Made by a program: the position numbers and the translations under genes. This document shows, piece after piece, positions 39,807-51,880 of a stretch of DNA of 64,000 nt. Position 1 is the first letter of the stretch. Each line of letters starts with the position of its first letter. The notes under the pieces were generated by a model. It did not search any database and was not told where the DNA came from. It saw only the letters and a list, made by a program, of their open reading frames with translations. Location of the stretch: NCBI GenBank assembly GCA_964016885.1, contig OZ024744.1, positions 81,034,001-81,098,000 of the forward strand. The letters run 5' to 3'. This stretch comes from Eledone cirrhosa. Lineage: Eukaryota.

Positions 39807-39842
39807 TCTTAACGTTTCGGACACTAGTCCTTCATCAGAAGA
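39807..39842 (-). ncRNA. Minimal hammerhead motif of Penelope-like element type
   Basis: Minus strand reads tctt CTGATGA a ggac-tagt-gtcc GAAACGTT aaga: 4-bp stem I, 4-bp stem II, and a palindromic ACGT stem III typical of Penelope minimal hammerheads. Confidence 0.55.
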
Positions 39843-39949
39843 TAGGATTAAAAGTAAAAGATAGTGAGAAAAGGAAGGAATGGAAAAAGAAAATGAGCCA
39901 TTTGGAGATTATATATATATGTATGTATAGTGGGTTGTGTAGTTATTCA

Positions 39950-40163
39950 TATAAACTTCCATGCTTCCCGAAATTTGCCAACACTACACTTGATATCCCC
40001 CCCCCCCCCCATACATACGCACGCATGTATCTGTGTGTATATCATGACTCATACACTGTTCACTTTCCTGACATTTGTACATTATTCTATGTACTATACA
40101 TGCACCTTTGATGAGTTGAAGTGCACCTGATCACTGTACACAATCATTTTCATTATTATTATT
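39950..40163 (+). mobile_element. LINE-like 3' end with (ATT)n tail; inverted homolog at 49015-49250
   Basis: Shared ...gtgcacctga(t/g)cactgtaca(c/g)aat(c/a)atttcattattatt terminus in both copies. Confidence 0.55.
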
Positions 40164-40167
40164 AAGG

Positions 40168-43100
40168 AAGCCTGGTTTGGATGGTCTGCCCTATGAACTT
40201 TACGTACAGATGCCAGACTTGTTCGGAGGCCTCTTGGCGGACATCTACTGCAATTGGCAACAGAACGGGAGAATTCCCAGCTCTGTGAGCCGAGGAGCAG
40301 TGGCGCTGCTGAGAAAGGATCCGAACAAGGAGGATAACATAGATAATTTCAGGCCCATAACTCTGCTAAACACAGAGTTCAAGATTTTGGCCAAGGTGCT
40401 AGCAAAGAGGCTGGTGCTTGTCGTTGGTGGTCTGGTGAGAGAGGCGCAGACATGTGCCATTCCAGACAGATCCATCCACGACAACTTCCACCTCATGCGA
40501 TACATCATGGAGAGGTTAGCTAGGGAACCTGGCACAGGTGGGTCTTTGATCAATTTAGATCAGTCGAAAGCTTTCGATAGGGTCGACCATCGTTATCTGG
40601 TGGCAGTCCTGAGGGTGGCTGGCTTTGGGCCCGTCTTCAGAGGCTGGATTGCTGCCATGCACAGCGACATATGCTCTGTGGTGAGAGTGAACGGTCACCT
40701 TTCGGAACCGTTGAACATCATGCGCTCGATCTGCCAAAGATGTCCCCTCTCATCCCTCTTGTACGTATTCACTGTCAAGTCATTACTGCACAAACTGGAG
40801 ACGTTGAGGGGGATCCCACGCGAACTAGGATGCGGAAGATCCGTGTCAGCATATGCGGACAATGTCACCGTAGTGGTGTCAAACGCCAAACACATCGAGG
40901 CGATCAGCACTACACTAAGAGAATACGAAGCGGTGACAGGAGCAATGATCAACCAGGAAAAGTCGGTGGGCCTGCAGCTCGGCACCTGGAGAGGCAGGTC
41001 TCTTTGGTGTTAGTGGGCGACTAGAACGGGATCTTAGATGCACGCTGGGACTGTGTGGGATTAGCGGATAGGGGAGGAGAGTGCAAGAGCCTCACCAACC
41101 TGCTCAGGCGTTTTGAATTGTCTGACAGGTACCGATTGGATTTTCTGAATGTGCCGATGAGGACTTGGACAAACCGCATTGGGTCATCCAGATCATATCT
41201 AGATAGAGTATTTTGTAAGGAAATAAGATAATTTTCTTTTTATTTGCCACCAGGGCGTCAAAGAGTGGGACAAGTACAATGGGGGGAGTTTACATAAAAA
41301 GGCGTCCTCAATAAGGAGGAGGCAATAACAAAATATAAAAATATAAAATATAACAAAAATAAATTGAATAACAAAATTCTCAATAGGGAGGAGGTGCCTT
41401 GGGGGGTTGCACACACCCCCCAAAAAGTGTGCAACCCTTCTCAGGAGCACAGAGAGAGGGTGCTCCCTTGATCTTTCATCTTTCTCACCTACAGTCTGAT
41501 GAGAATGGCCCATTCACACAGGCCATTCTCGCCACTTTCACCCAACTTTCATAAAAGCGGCTGGGGTGCAGCACCTCTCTCTCCATCCTGATCCTTCTTC
41601 CAAAATGATATCGGAAGAAACGGACCAGTTGTTGGCCAGAGAGAAAGGTGTTTGACCTCAGTCCTTTCAGACGCATCCACCATACAACCTCTTTTGCCAT
41701 GGCACAGAAACACCGCCTCTCCTTCGTTTTTGAAGAGGGGAGGCAGCTTGATCGTTACAATAGACTCGGTGGACAACCAGATCGGTCTCACCCATGCTGT
41801 GCATGGCAGTGATCCAGCCCCTGAAAACGGGTCCGAAGTCTGCCGCCGCTAGCACCGCATCCAGGTAACCATGGTCGACCCTATCGAACGCCTTAGATTG
41901 ATCCAAGTTGATCAGGGCCCCACCAAAGCCGGATTCGTTCCCAACCCTCTCTATGATGTATCGGATGAGGTGGAGGTTGTCGTGGATGGACCTGGACGGG
42001 ATAGCACATGCCTGCGCATCTCCCACCAAGTTGCCCATGTCAAGCGCCAACCTCTTTGCTAGCACCTTGGCCAAAATCTGTATCTCTGTATTTAGCAGAG
42101 TTATGGGCCTGAAATTACTTATATCGCCCCCCCTTGTTCTCGTCCTTCCTCACTAGCGTGACTACTCCCTTGGTCACAGCACAGGGAATTCTCCCATTCA
42201 GTTGCCAGTTGCAGTAGACCGCCTCGAGGAGATCGGGGAACAAGTCCGGCATAGCTAGATATAGTTCGTATGGAAGACCATCGAGACCCGGGGATTTGCG
42301 TTTGCCGCATTGGCTCAGCACGTTCTCAGCGGCTGAAACTAGCTCCTCGCAGGACTTCGCCTCCTTGTCCGAGAGACGCGGCAGGCCGTCGAGGTATGGA
42401 CCAAAGTCCACTTCCCCAACCAGCTCCTTCCGAACAATCTGGCAAAGTGCTTTTGAAAAGCCTCGCACATCTGCTTAGGTTCAAGGATCACCCGTCCATC
42501 CTGGTCTCGCAAAGACCGGATAGTGGATCTAATCCCTCTTTTGACTTCTGTCACGCGGGCCCAGCAAACAGCTTTGGTCCCCTCGTTTCCCAGAGCACAT
42601 ATTTTGCTAGATAGGTCTAGCATAGGCTGTCCACAATTCAAGATAGTCAGCTACACGGACCACAAATTCGTGATCTGTGTGCTTGACTTAGATAGGCTTC
42701 ATAGACGAGGACCCGGCTACTGGAAGCTAAACGCGTCCTTACCAGTGCGCAAGGCCTACAGAGACTGGATTAGCGAACTAGTTAAGCGGGCGTTGACGGG
42801 GGCCATCGTCAACAAGTGGTGGTTTGAATAGAGTCCATTAGGTTTAGTAAGGCTTTAGCAATAGAGAAAAATAGAGCAGAGGTAGAACTAGTTAGAAAAT
42901 TAGATGAGGCGCTTAGCAAAGGCATCGCGACTGACGTACTTGGCCCTTGACCAATTTTTCAATGCAAAGCACAAAGGCTGCGTTGTCAGAGCTAGGGTGC
43001 GTGCTCTCAGACACGAGGGGACGAAAGCCGTTCAATGGGCCCGAGTGGCGGAGGCGCGTCGTGGCAACAAAGCCACGATCCGGTCTTTGGGACGAGGTGA

Positions 43101-44380
43101 CGAGTAGGGTGGCTTCTCTCACCCAGAAATGGGCAGAGAGGAAGCTATCCCTGATAGGTCGAGCGGAGGTGGCTAACGCGTACATCGCGTCCATCATCTA
43201 CTACCACCTGACCGTTGTGCCTTGTCCTGAGCCTCGCCTGGGGCATTTGCTTTTTTGCTTTTTGGAGAAGGGACGTGCTCCGATGGTCAGGCGGTCCATC
43301 TGCTGTCAACACCCGCTACGTGGAGGGATGGCATTGCCATAGCTGATGATGTGCAGACACGCGCTCAGGCTACGACATCTCAACCTCTTCCTCGACGGTG
43401 GTCAGGTGTGGTCGCCGTTTGCTAGACGCGTCTTTCCCCAGCTTGTTTCCTTGACGGAGCTGCAGTCCTGAGTCAAGCGAAGACCGAGAGGGAGCGCTTA
43501 GAGATTGGAATGTCTTCAGGCGCTCACAGCCCTCGACCAGTCGGGCAATGTGATCGGTGGAAACTCCACCTTGGCGTTCTATAAAGGATTAGTGGAGAGG
43601 AAGAGCGACGACGTACTTAGGGAAACTCTAGGAGTCGATGAAAGTCAACTAGCCAATCTCTTTGGAAGAACTTTCAGGCCGGGGCCTATGGACAACTTCC
43701 AGAAATCCCTGGCCTGGCAGTGGTACCGAGGAACTTTGCCAGTTCGGGATAAACTCTACAGGCATCGAAGTGCCGTCAGCCGGGTATGTCCGAGATGCGC
43801 GCAGGGTGACGAAACCATCCTGCACGCATTCGTCCAGTGTCCAAGCATTGCTGACTTGTGGGTTTATGCTGAGTTCATCATGAGGATCGCCCCGCCCTCT
43901 TCCTTTAGCCGGGAAGGGCAGGCAGTTTTTATCTGTTTGGTGGCCATGGCGAAAGAGATAGTATGGTGGACGCGTTTGAAAGGGGTGAAGACGAGCACTT
44001 ACCTCTTCGGTGATGCCCTGATTGACTTTTTCAAATTTCATTTAAAAAGAAAAATCAGGGTAGAGAGGGAAGTGCTCTCTTTCCAGCATTTTGTTGAAAG
44101 ATGGGTGAGAGAGTCAAGTATGTGCCTGTAAATTAAAGGTGGAAAACTTGGAGAGGGCACTTGCCCTGGTGGACAGGTTCACCATGGCTTTTTTTAATGG
44201 GCTTTCTCCATGAATGTCTCTCGGAAGTCTCCCCCCTATTGGGGAATTTTTCATTATTTCTTTTTTTGTTACATCTTCTGTTTTTGTCTTTTTTTTACAT
44301 GCAGAAATGCCCATTTGTACCATCCTGTATTGTCCTTAATGTCTTACTTTGTGTAAACTCTTGTGGTTAATAAAGAAAGC
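40168..44380. mobile_element. Rearranged Tx1/L1-clade non-LTR retrotransposon composite
   Basis: RT motifs PGLDGLPYELY, FRPITLLNTEFKILAK, DQSKAFDRVDH and AYAD at 40168-41000(+). APE motifs LVGD, SYLDRV, TDHK and GPGYWKLN at 41000-41220 and from 42600(+). Inverted copy at 41225-42600. CxRC...H...C knuckle at 43505-44131. AATAAA then (ATT)n at 44368-44408. Confidence 0.88.
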
Positions 44381-44623
44381 ATTATTATTATTATTATTAT
44401 TATTATTAGTATCGGTAGAGGGTCGGACGCCATGCTTTGACGCATAGAGTTACGGCCCTTGCCATTCTGAGTTCAAATCACGCCGTGAATAACTTTGCCT
44501 TTCATCCTTACGGGGTCGATAAAATGAAGTACCAGTAATGCACTGGGTAATTGCTGGCCTTGTGCCAAAAGTAGAAACTATTATTATTATTATTATATAT
44601 GTGTGCGTTTTATGTAATTTCAG

Positions 44624-44726
44624 CAACTGGCTAAACAACATCGAGCTGGTATCGTTTCAGAGGGTGGTCCACCACCTTTTATACCATTTGGTCCGAGAAT
44701 GACTAAATCACAACTTGTTAGAACAG
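44624..44726 (+). CDS. TDRD3: TDRD3 coding exon E
   Basis: tttcag|CAA...ACAG|gtatgt. Reads QLAKQHRAGIVSEGGPPPFIPFGPRMTKSQLVRT with the conserved EGGPPPFxPFG motif. Phase 0-1. Confidence 0.93.
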
Positions 44727-44846
44727 GTATGTTTGTTTATTTAAATAATTTTATTGATTTATTGCTATGTAAAACTCTTATATTTACAACAATGTCCACA
44801 TATACATTTGTAGTTTACAGTTAAATAAAGAATGATGTTAAATGGC

Positions 44847-44877
<31 letters not shown>

Positions 44878-45409
44878 ATCAAGGTAACCAGAGAATGGTG
44901 TTTTAGGTTTTTAAAATAATAGGTTCAGTTAACAAACAGGAATACTCTCTCTCTTTTATATATGTGTGTGTGTGTATGTATATATATATATATCAGTTCC
45001 TGTATGAGCAAGACAAGGTCAGCCGACCGGACACTGCCCACAACAGGACAACCCATCTAACCCATGCTAGTGTGGAAGAACGGACGTAAAACGATGATGA
45101 TGATGCATATATATATATATATATATTGACAAGATCCCAGACCTCATTCACTTAACAAGTGGGGTGGAGCTTGTCAAAGCAGACTAAGGAAACAATGTTT
45201 CCATTGGCCTTTCCAATTGTTAATACTATCTGTCTGTCGCAACTGCAGGCAGAAGTAACGTGAAATAAAGTGTCTTGCTCAAGGACATAACGCATCGCTC
45301 AGTCTGAGAATTGAAATCCCATCTCACGAGAAAAAATGTGTATATATATCATCATCATATATATGTGGAAAATGGACGTAAAACGATGATGATGATATAT
45401 ATATACACA

Positions 45410-45738
45410 CTGTGTTTCCTCTATTATAAGACCTACTCCAAAAATATGCTCTAGCATAATTTTTTATATTGCTCTCCAAAAAGAAGACCTTTGGCATTTT
45501 TGCAAGAAAAATTAATATAAAATGCAAATTTCAGCATCCTGCTGATTATCAATATAATAAATTCTTTAAATGGTACTGTTTTTCACTCTATATCCTTTAT
45601 TTTAATAAATCAAGATACAGTTGTTTTAAATTTTAATTTTTTCTATAAAAAATATAAGGTCATGGCTCTTTTTCTTTCTTTTTTTTTTTTTTTTTTAGGG
45701 AAAAATAATATAAAACCTGTCTTATAAGGGAAATACAG
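45410..45738. mobile_element. Tc2/pogo-like MITE
   Basis: Imperfect TIRs ctgtgtttcctctattataagac / gtcttataagggaaatacag, with TA on the right. Confidence 0.5.
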
Positions 45739-45797
45739 TATATATCATATCATTATCATCATCTTACATCTATTCTTCCCTACTTGCATGTGTCGGA

Positions 45798-45868
45798 TGA
45801 GTCCGTTCAAATCTGTTATTGAGTCCGTTCAAATCTGTTATTGAGTCCGTTCAAATCTGTTATTGAGT
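45798..45868. repeat. 22-bp perfect tandem repeat x3
   Basis: tgagtccgttcaaatctgttat repeated three times plus a partial copy. Confidence 0.9.
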
Positions 45869-47956
45869 TGCAGGCCACATTTCACAAACTCTTGTTTGGC
45901 ATAGTTTCTACTGCTCGATCCCAATCCTACGATCTATCACTTTACAGAATGTGCTGGGTTCATTTAACATGGCTCCAGCACTTGTTGTCAGAGAACTTGT
46001 TATGTCCTTCACACAACTGAAGAGTTCTCTCAACCCTTTGTTTGATGCGGTTTATACAGCTGGATGCCCTTCTTAACATCAACCATTTTATGGTGTGTAC
46101 AGAGTGCATTTTATTTTGTTGGTGCCACAATAAAATGCACCCAGTACACTCTGTAAAGTGGAAGGGTTTCCAACTGTAATGACCATGCCCAAATCTGAAC
46201 ATATATAAACAATGTAGCCCCTAGCCCACCTCTGAGGGCAGTAGCTTCAAATCATATTGGCTTAGTTTGTGACAAACCATCCAACTCATGGAAGAATGGA
46301 TGTTAAATGATGATGAGGACATACAGACTGGTGAAAGGGAGGGGTGAAGGGTGTCCTCAAACCAGAGACTTAAAACCTAAATGCATGCAACAAGGCATCC
46401 AAAGGCAAGGTGGTAATATTAAATCTAACATTCCAAGAAAGTTTGAAATATCCATAATGATCCCAACATAATTTCCCATTTATGTTGCTAATGGAAGAAT
46501 TCAATAAAAAATGAAAAAAAAAATGAATTGTTGATACTTATGTGAACAAGAATCTGATTTTTAAAATTATGGTAAAAAAAAAGTGGGGAATAAACCAATC
46601 ATCAGATCAGACTCGTGTTTCCATTAGTTTTTCTTCAAATAAATTTTATTAGTTTATAAAATTGTACAAATAAATCAGTCACACATGTACACCATCTCCC
46701 TGAAGCATGGAGTTACTGTGCATTCTGAGTTCAAATCCCGCTGAGGTTAACTTTGCCTTTCATCCTCACGGGGTCGATGAAATAAAGTACCAGTAATGCA
46801 CTGGGTATTTGCTGGCCTTGAGTCAAAAGAAAAAACAATTATTATGAGCAAATGGGGCCCCACACACTGGCCACCCTGTGGCCCCAGTGGACAGAATAGA
46901 GAAAGTATTTCCCCGGAGGATGGTGAAGGAGATGCATTGGAAGAGCCATTGGTCTTTCTATTGTTGAAATTATCTGCTGGGTTGTAATGCTTGCTGGAAG
47001 CAAAATCCTCTCTTTTTGTTGACAGGATACAACATTTTAACTCAGAATGCACAGAGCTGGAAGAGATATTGCAACGCATCCAATTCAATTCTTCATCATC
47101 ATTGTTTAACCCTTTAAGATTTACATTACTATTGTATTTTTTGTAGTAAAGGCTTTATCTCACATGATATCAAATCTATGAGATTTTAATAATGTTATTA
47201 TTTATTTTGAGAACAATACCTTAATTTTGGTATAAGCATCCAGTTATGGGTGGTTTGAGCAGAAAGAGGTGAGAGAATTCTGGCCGGATATGGCCAGTTT
47301 AAATGCCAAAGAGTTAACATCCATTTTTTCACACTAGAATAGGTTACACAAGTTTTCCCGTTGTGATACAAGTCAGATCAGATGACCGTATCTTGCTCAT
47401 ACAGAACTGCTTGCGGCGTCATGCCCTTCCTAACGCCAACCACATTTAGTGTGTAGGGGGTGCTCTTTGTCGTGCTACCAATATGACCACTTTACGGTGT
47501 TGATTGGGCACTCCTTGTTATGTCACCAACATGACCACATTACAGTGTGGACTGGGTGTTTTTTATCACCTACATGACCAGCCACTTATTCAATTTTATT
47601 GTTAGTAATTCATATTGATACAGCAGCTGGAGAATCTAATAATTATTTTATTTTAAATTAAAAAAACATTATATACGACAAAAAAAAACATTACGAGAAA
47701 TCCCATATTAACGAATGTGCACTACGCAATTGCCGAACTCTCACCCCACACCCCCGCTTATAAGAATTTAACTCCTTAGTATTTACATTATAAATACTAT
47801 TGTGTTTTTGCGGTAAAGGCTTTATCTCACATAATATCGAATCTATGAGCTTTTGATATTATTGATTTTGTATAATCTACTTTTTCATTCCTATTAAAAT
47901 TCTTGTCCTTGTGCCTAAATTTTAGAGCCATTTTATAGTTAGTGTAAAGTTGACTA

Positions 47957-48146
47957 CGAGGTTCAGCTGAAAAGTTCATAGGCTGACCAAGATACACTCA
48001 GGTTTATTTTTTAATATAGTCCCTGGAAAGCAACAATGTTCAATAATAACAATTAATAAGAAAAGTTGAAATTAATGTATGCAAAATTTCACAGCTCTAG
48101 CATCATTCCTTCATAATCAGCTTATTAACTTTTCAGCTAACCCTCA
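47957..48146. mobile_element. Mariner-derived MITE (about 190 bp)
   Basis: TA|cgaggttcagctgaaaagtt...aacttttcagctaaccctca|TA. Partial relative at 21150-21232. Confidence 0.7.
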
Positions 48147-48228
48147 TAGACTGTACACAGTAATATTATCTTATGGAAACACAGTTTCTGATGGTTTAAT
48201 TTTTTTTTTCCATTTTGATTGGTTTTAG

Positions 48229-48365
48229 ATAATTTCAAATCTCTCGAAGTTTCTAAAGAAAAGAAAGAGAGTGAAGAATTTGTGAATCAACGGAAAGCTA
48301 CTATAGCAGAAGCTGTTCAAGCAAAGGAAGAAGGGAAAATAAAGACTTTTGGTGGTAACAAACAG
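48229..48365 (+). CDS. TDRD3: TDRD3 coding exon F
   Basis: ttttag|AT...CAG|gtatgt. Reads (D)NFKSLEVSKEKKESEEFVNQRKATIAEAVQAKEEGKIKTFGGNKQ (human [25 protein letters not shown]). Phase 1-0. Confidence 0.92.
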
Positions 48366-48903
48366 GTATGTTTAATTCCTTTTGCTATTAATGAAATTTC
48401 TTAAATTTTATATTACTAGAGCTGACTTTAGGCTCTAGTAGTGACTACCTGTAGCACTTTGATTAAGCTATATTTTTGTTAGACAATCTGATTAATTACT
48501 TTATGTATTAATCAATATTTTAATATATATATCATCATCATCATCATCATCATCATTTTACGTCCACTTTTCCCTGCTTACAAATAATAAAATTAAAATT
48601 TTATTAAAATGTTATTTCTCGCCCTAGCACAGCTGATACATGAATATAAGTATGCACACGTACACACACACACACATATATATATACACACACACATATG
48701 CATATATACATATGTGTGTGTTCGTGTGCATACTTACATATACATATATATATATATATAAACTTAAGAAAATTAACAAAGAAAGGACAAGACAATGAAC
48801 AGAAACAAAACGGAAATCAATTTTTTAAGAGGAAACCTTAAAAAAATAAAAATACATATGTAGGACAGAACTCCATGGTCATCGGTCATTGAGATGGACA
48901 TAT

Positions 48904-49014
48904 ATTATAAAGAGTCGGGACCTGATGGTTGAGCTCTTGCTGTTTCAAAAGCTAGTTCTAGTCTGTAACTGTTGAAACAGCAAGCTCAACCGTCGGGTCT
49001 CGATTCTTTATAAT
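48904..49014 (+). other. Long inverted repeat / hairpin (43 bp stem, 23-nt loop)
   Basis: Arms 48904-48948 and 48972-49014 pair with 4 G.U pairs and one 2-nt bulge on the + strand. Confidence 0.85.
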
Positions 49015-49269
49015 AATAATAATAATAATAATGAAATTATTCTGTACAGTGCTCAGGTGCACTACAACTTGTCAAAGGTGCATGTATAGTATATAGAATA
49101 ATGTACAAGTGAACAATGTATGAGTCAGGATTTACATGTGTGCGTGTGTGTGGAGGGGGGATTATTAGGTGTAGTGCTGGTGAATTTCAGGAAACATGGA
49201 GGTTTTAAAGGATGCAATGTCTCGGCAGCTAACAACTGATACAGAATAGTATATGGAAAAATGAAGTTT

Positions 49270-49605
49270 ATAGCTCATACCTATGTAGATTTAGCTGGTC
49301 TCCTATGAAGTTACATCTTATAAAAGGTTGTTTCTTGATGATAAGGGTCCCAGGTCTATCATACATGCACAATATATATGCTGAAACATCTCTCACTTGT
49401 GTAGGTTTAGCTATCTTCCTATGAGGTTGCATCGCATGAGAAGTTTCTTGAATGTGTTAATTACAAGGACTCCAATCCTATCATGCTGTGTGTATGTGTC
49501 CTTGTTACAGCTCACACTTGTGAAGGTTTAACTATCTTCCTATCAGGTTGCATCTCATGAGAAGTTTCTGGGTTGTTTTAATAAGAGAAATCTCAATCCT
49601 ATCGT
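49270..49605. repeat. Degenerate tandem repeat, about 119-bp unit x3
   Basis: Recurring ctca(c/t)acttgtg.aggtttagctatcttcctatgaggttgcatc.catgagaagtttc at about 49273, 49392 and 49511. Confidence 0.7.
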
Positions 49606-49719
49606 CTAAAGCAATGTGAAATGAAGTATCTTGCTCAAGAATACAACGTGCCATTCAGTCCAGGAATCGAATCTATTACTTTAGGATCATGAATTCAATA
49701 TTCTAACCATTAGTATATA

Positions 49720-50720
49720 CTAGCTGACGTACCCAGCTTCGCCCGGGTAAACATGATAAGAGAAGACAGGTAAAAGAGAAAATGACTGTATTGGATGTTT
49801 GTCTGGTTACAGTATGAGGCGAGTCCGTGGTGTCTGTGTGATACAGAAAACAGTAAAAAAAAATCTTCCAGATATACCAGATTCTTTGTTGTACCGTTTG
49901 TGCATAGTATATGAACAATTCTAGGTGCTCCCACCTAGAATAGTGACCTCTAGGAGATGGTTCATCTTCTGCCTGACTGTGAAACGTGTATCATTGCATA
50001 GACGTGGTTGTTCCTCGTTTCTCAAAAGGATGATGGAAGTTCCAAACTTTTATATTATATGTAGATATAGGTATAGATAATTAATATAAAAGATGATGCT
50101 CAGCCAGTTCGTCTTCAACCATGTCAGCACGCCATCGCTACTTGGCTCCAGTGTTTCATTGTTGTTCAGCCAGCTCCTCTTCATTCATGGCAGCACGTCT
50201 TCGCCTCTGAAGTTTGGCGTTCCGATGGCGCTGTTTGGCCCGTTTTTCTTCATTCCTGGCTGCACACCGTCGCCGCTGTAGTTCACTGTTTGATAAAGTC
50301 GAATTGCTTTTATTATCAGTATTCATTTCAAGCAATTGTAAAAAAATGACACAATAATAAATATAAAAGATGTCCGTCAATGTAAAAAAAGGTCCCTATT
50401 TACTCCCTTCACAACTCTGTGTATGTTAGACTGACAGACAGGCACACAGACAGATAAACTGCGTGGCAATTGTAGAACGCCCCAAGTACACTCACATACA
50501 CGCATGGAAACACGCACACACACACATAAACATACGCGCACGTACATAAACGCACACATGGTAATAGTTACTGTTCACTTTGCCTCTCTGTTTCTTACTC
50601 TCCCCTCTCACTCCCTCATTGGCATTGTGCGTATTAATTTAAGGCGTTTGAAACCTATGAACCAATGATAATCGAGAATTATGACACGGAATACTGACAT
50701 TGTTGAAATTAATATATAGA
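49720..50720 (-). mobile_element. Non-autonomous Helitron with a RepHel N-terminal-like remnant
   Basis: Minus strand 3' end cccgggcgaagctgggtacgtcagCTAG|T at 49720 and 5' A|TCTATATATT at 50720. Internal Arg/Glu-rich ORF QRRRRAAMNEEELAEQQ. Confidence 0.7.
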
Positions 50721-51085
50721 TATTGTTGTGTGAATGCTGAGTCTGGCCTTATCGGACCGGATGATGTGTTGTGTCCCCGAGCAAGACACTTTAATTTTCA
50801 CATTGCTCCTTCTGCCTGGAGTTGCAATCAGCAGATAGTATCAGCAGTGGAAAGTCCAATGGCAACATTGTTTCCTTGGTCCGATCTGATGAGGTCCACC
50901 CCACTCAGCAAGCGAATGAGGTCTCGGATCTTGTCGATCAATCAGGGTGGCAATATATGACTGAGAGATTAAGAAATTTATTTTACAATCACAAGGCATC
51001 GATCGAGTTCAATACTATCCCAAGTATTGAGTACTCTGTTGAGTAATGGTCTAACTAGCTTTATCTGGTTCTATCCTGCTATAGC

Positions 51086-51611
51086 GATCAAAATTGATGG
51101 AAGTTACGGAATAGGTAGACCCAGAAAAACCAGGGACGATTTGATAAATTCCGACCTTACACACTTGCACCTCTCTAAGACAATGTCACTGAACTGAGAT
51201 CTTTGGCGCTTGCAGTAATACAGAAGACCCACCTTGCCTATGTACAAAGCGAAACCTAGTCAGTAGGCACCTCTTAACCAAATATACACCCCTACTCCAT
51301 CCTCCCACCAACACCACCCTCTCTCTGTAATATCCAGTCCAAACTAATGAGGTTGTGTAGGTGTCACGACAAAAAAATACACAGTCCACGCTGTAATGTG
51401 GTCGTGTAGGTAACATGGTAAAAAGCTCCCAGTCCACACTGTAAATGTGGTTGGTGTTGGGAAGGGCATCCAGCCGTAGAAAACCTGCTAAATAGTCCTA
51501 TATGAGCAAGACTCGGTCACCCGACCAATTTTGTCTCGAGTGGGACAATTCCTGTCTAACCCATGCTAGCGTGGAAGATAGATGTTAAACGATGATGATG
51601 ATGATGATGAT
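51086..51611 (+). mobile_element. RTE LINE 3' fragment
   Basis: Reads IKIDGSYGIGRPRK..., followed by UTR and (GAT)n tail. Confidence 0.85.
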
Positions 51612-51629
51612 ATATGTATATATATAACC

Positions 51630-51880
51630 TTGTCGTTCAACTGGCTAGCTTTGCAATGGATATGTTGGACTCAAATATCAAATTAGACCACAAATATAAT
51701 GTCAAACCTGTAATGGTGGAGACTTCCAGTGTTATTAGTCCCCCAGGACCACCTCCTTGCTCATAAATATCGAGGTAGAGTTGGCTCCACGAGTTGGAAT
51801 GGCTATTTTAACGCGTTTCCCTCGTTCCTCCAGGGCAATGCTTTCACCATTCTGTCCACTAGGGCCATGAGACAACTTGC
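51630..51880 (+). mobile_element. CRE-like RLE remnant (third piece)
   Basis: Reads KYNVKPVMVETSSVISP...HELEWLF*RVSL...QGNAFTILS across frameshifts. Confidence 0.55.

Noticed and set aside
46747-47088. 113-aa minus-strand ORF
   Set aside because: It runs into a SINE, has no recognisable domain and has no convincing splice context.
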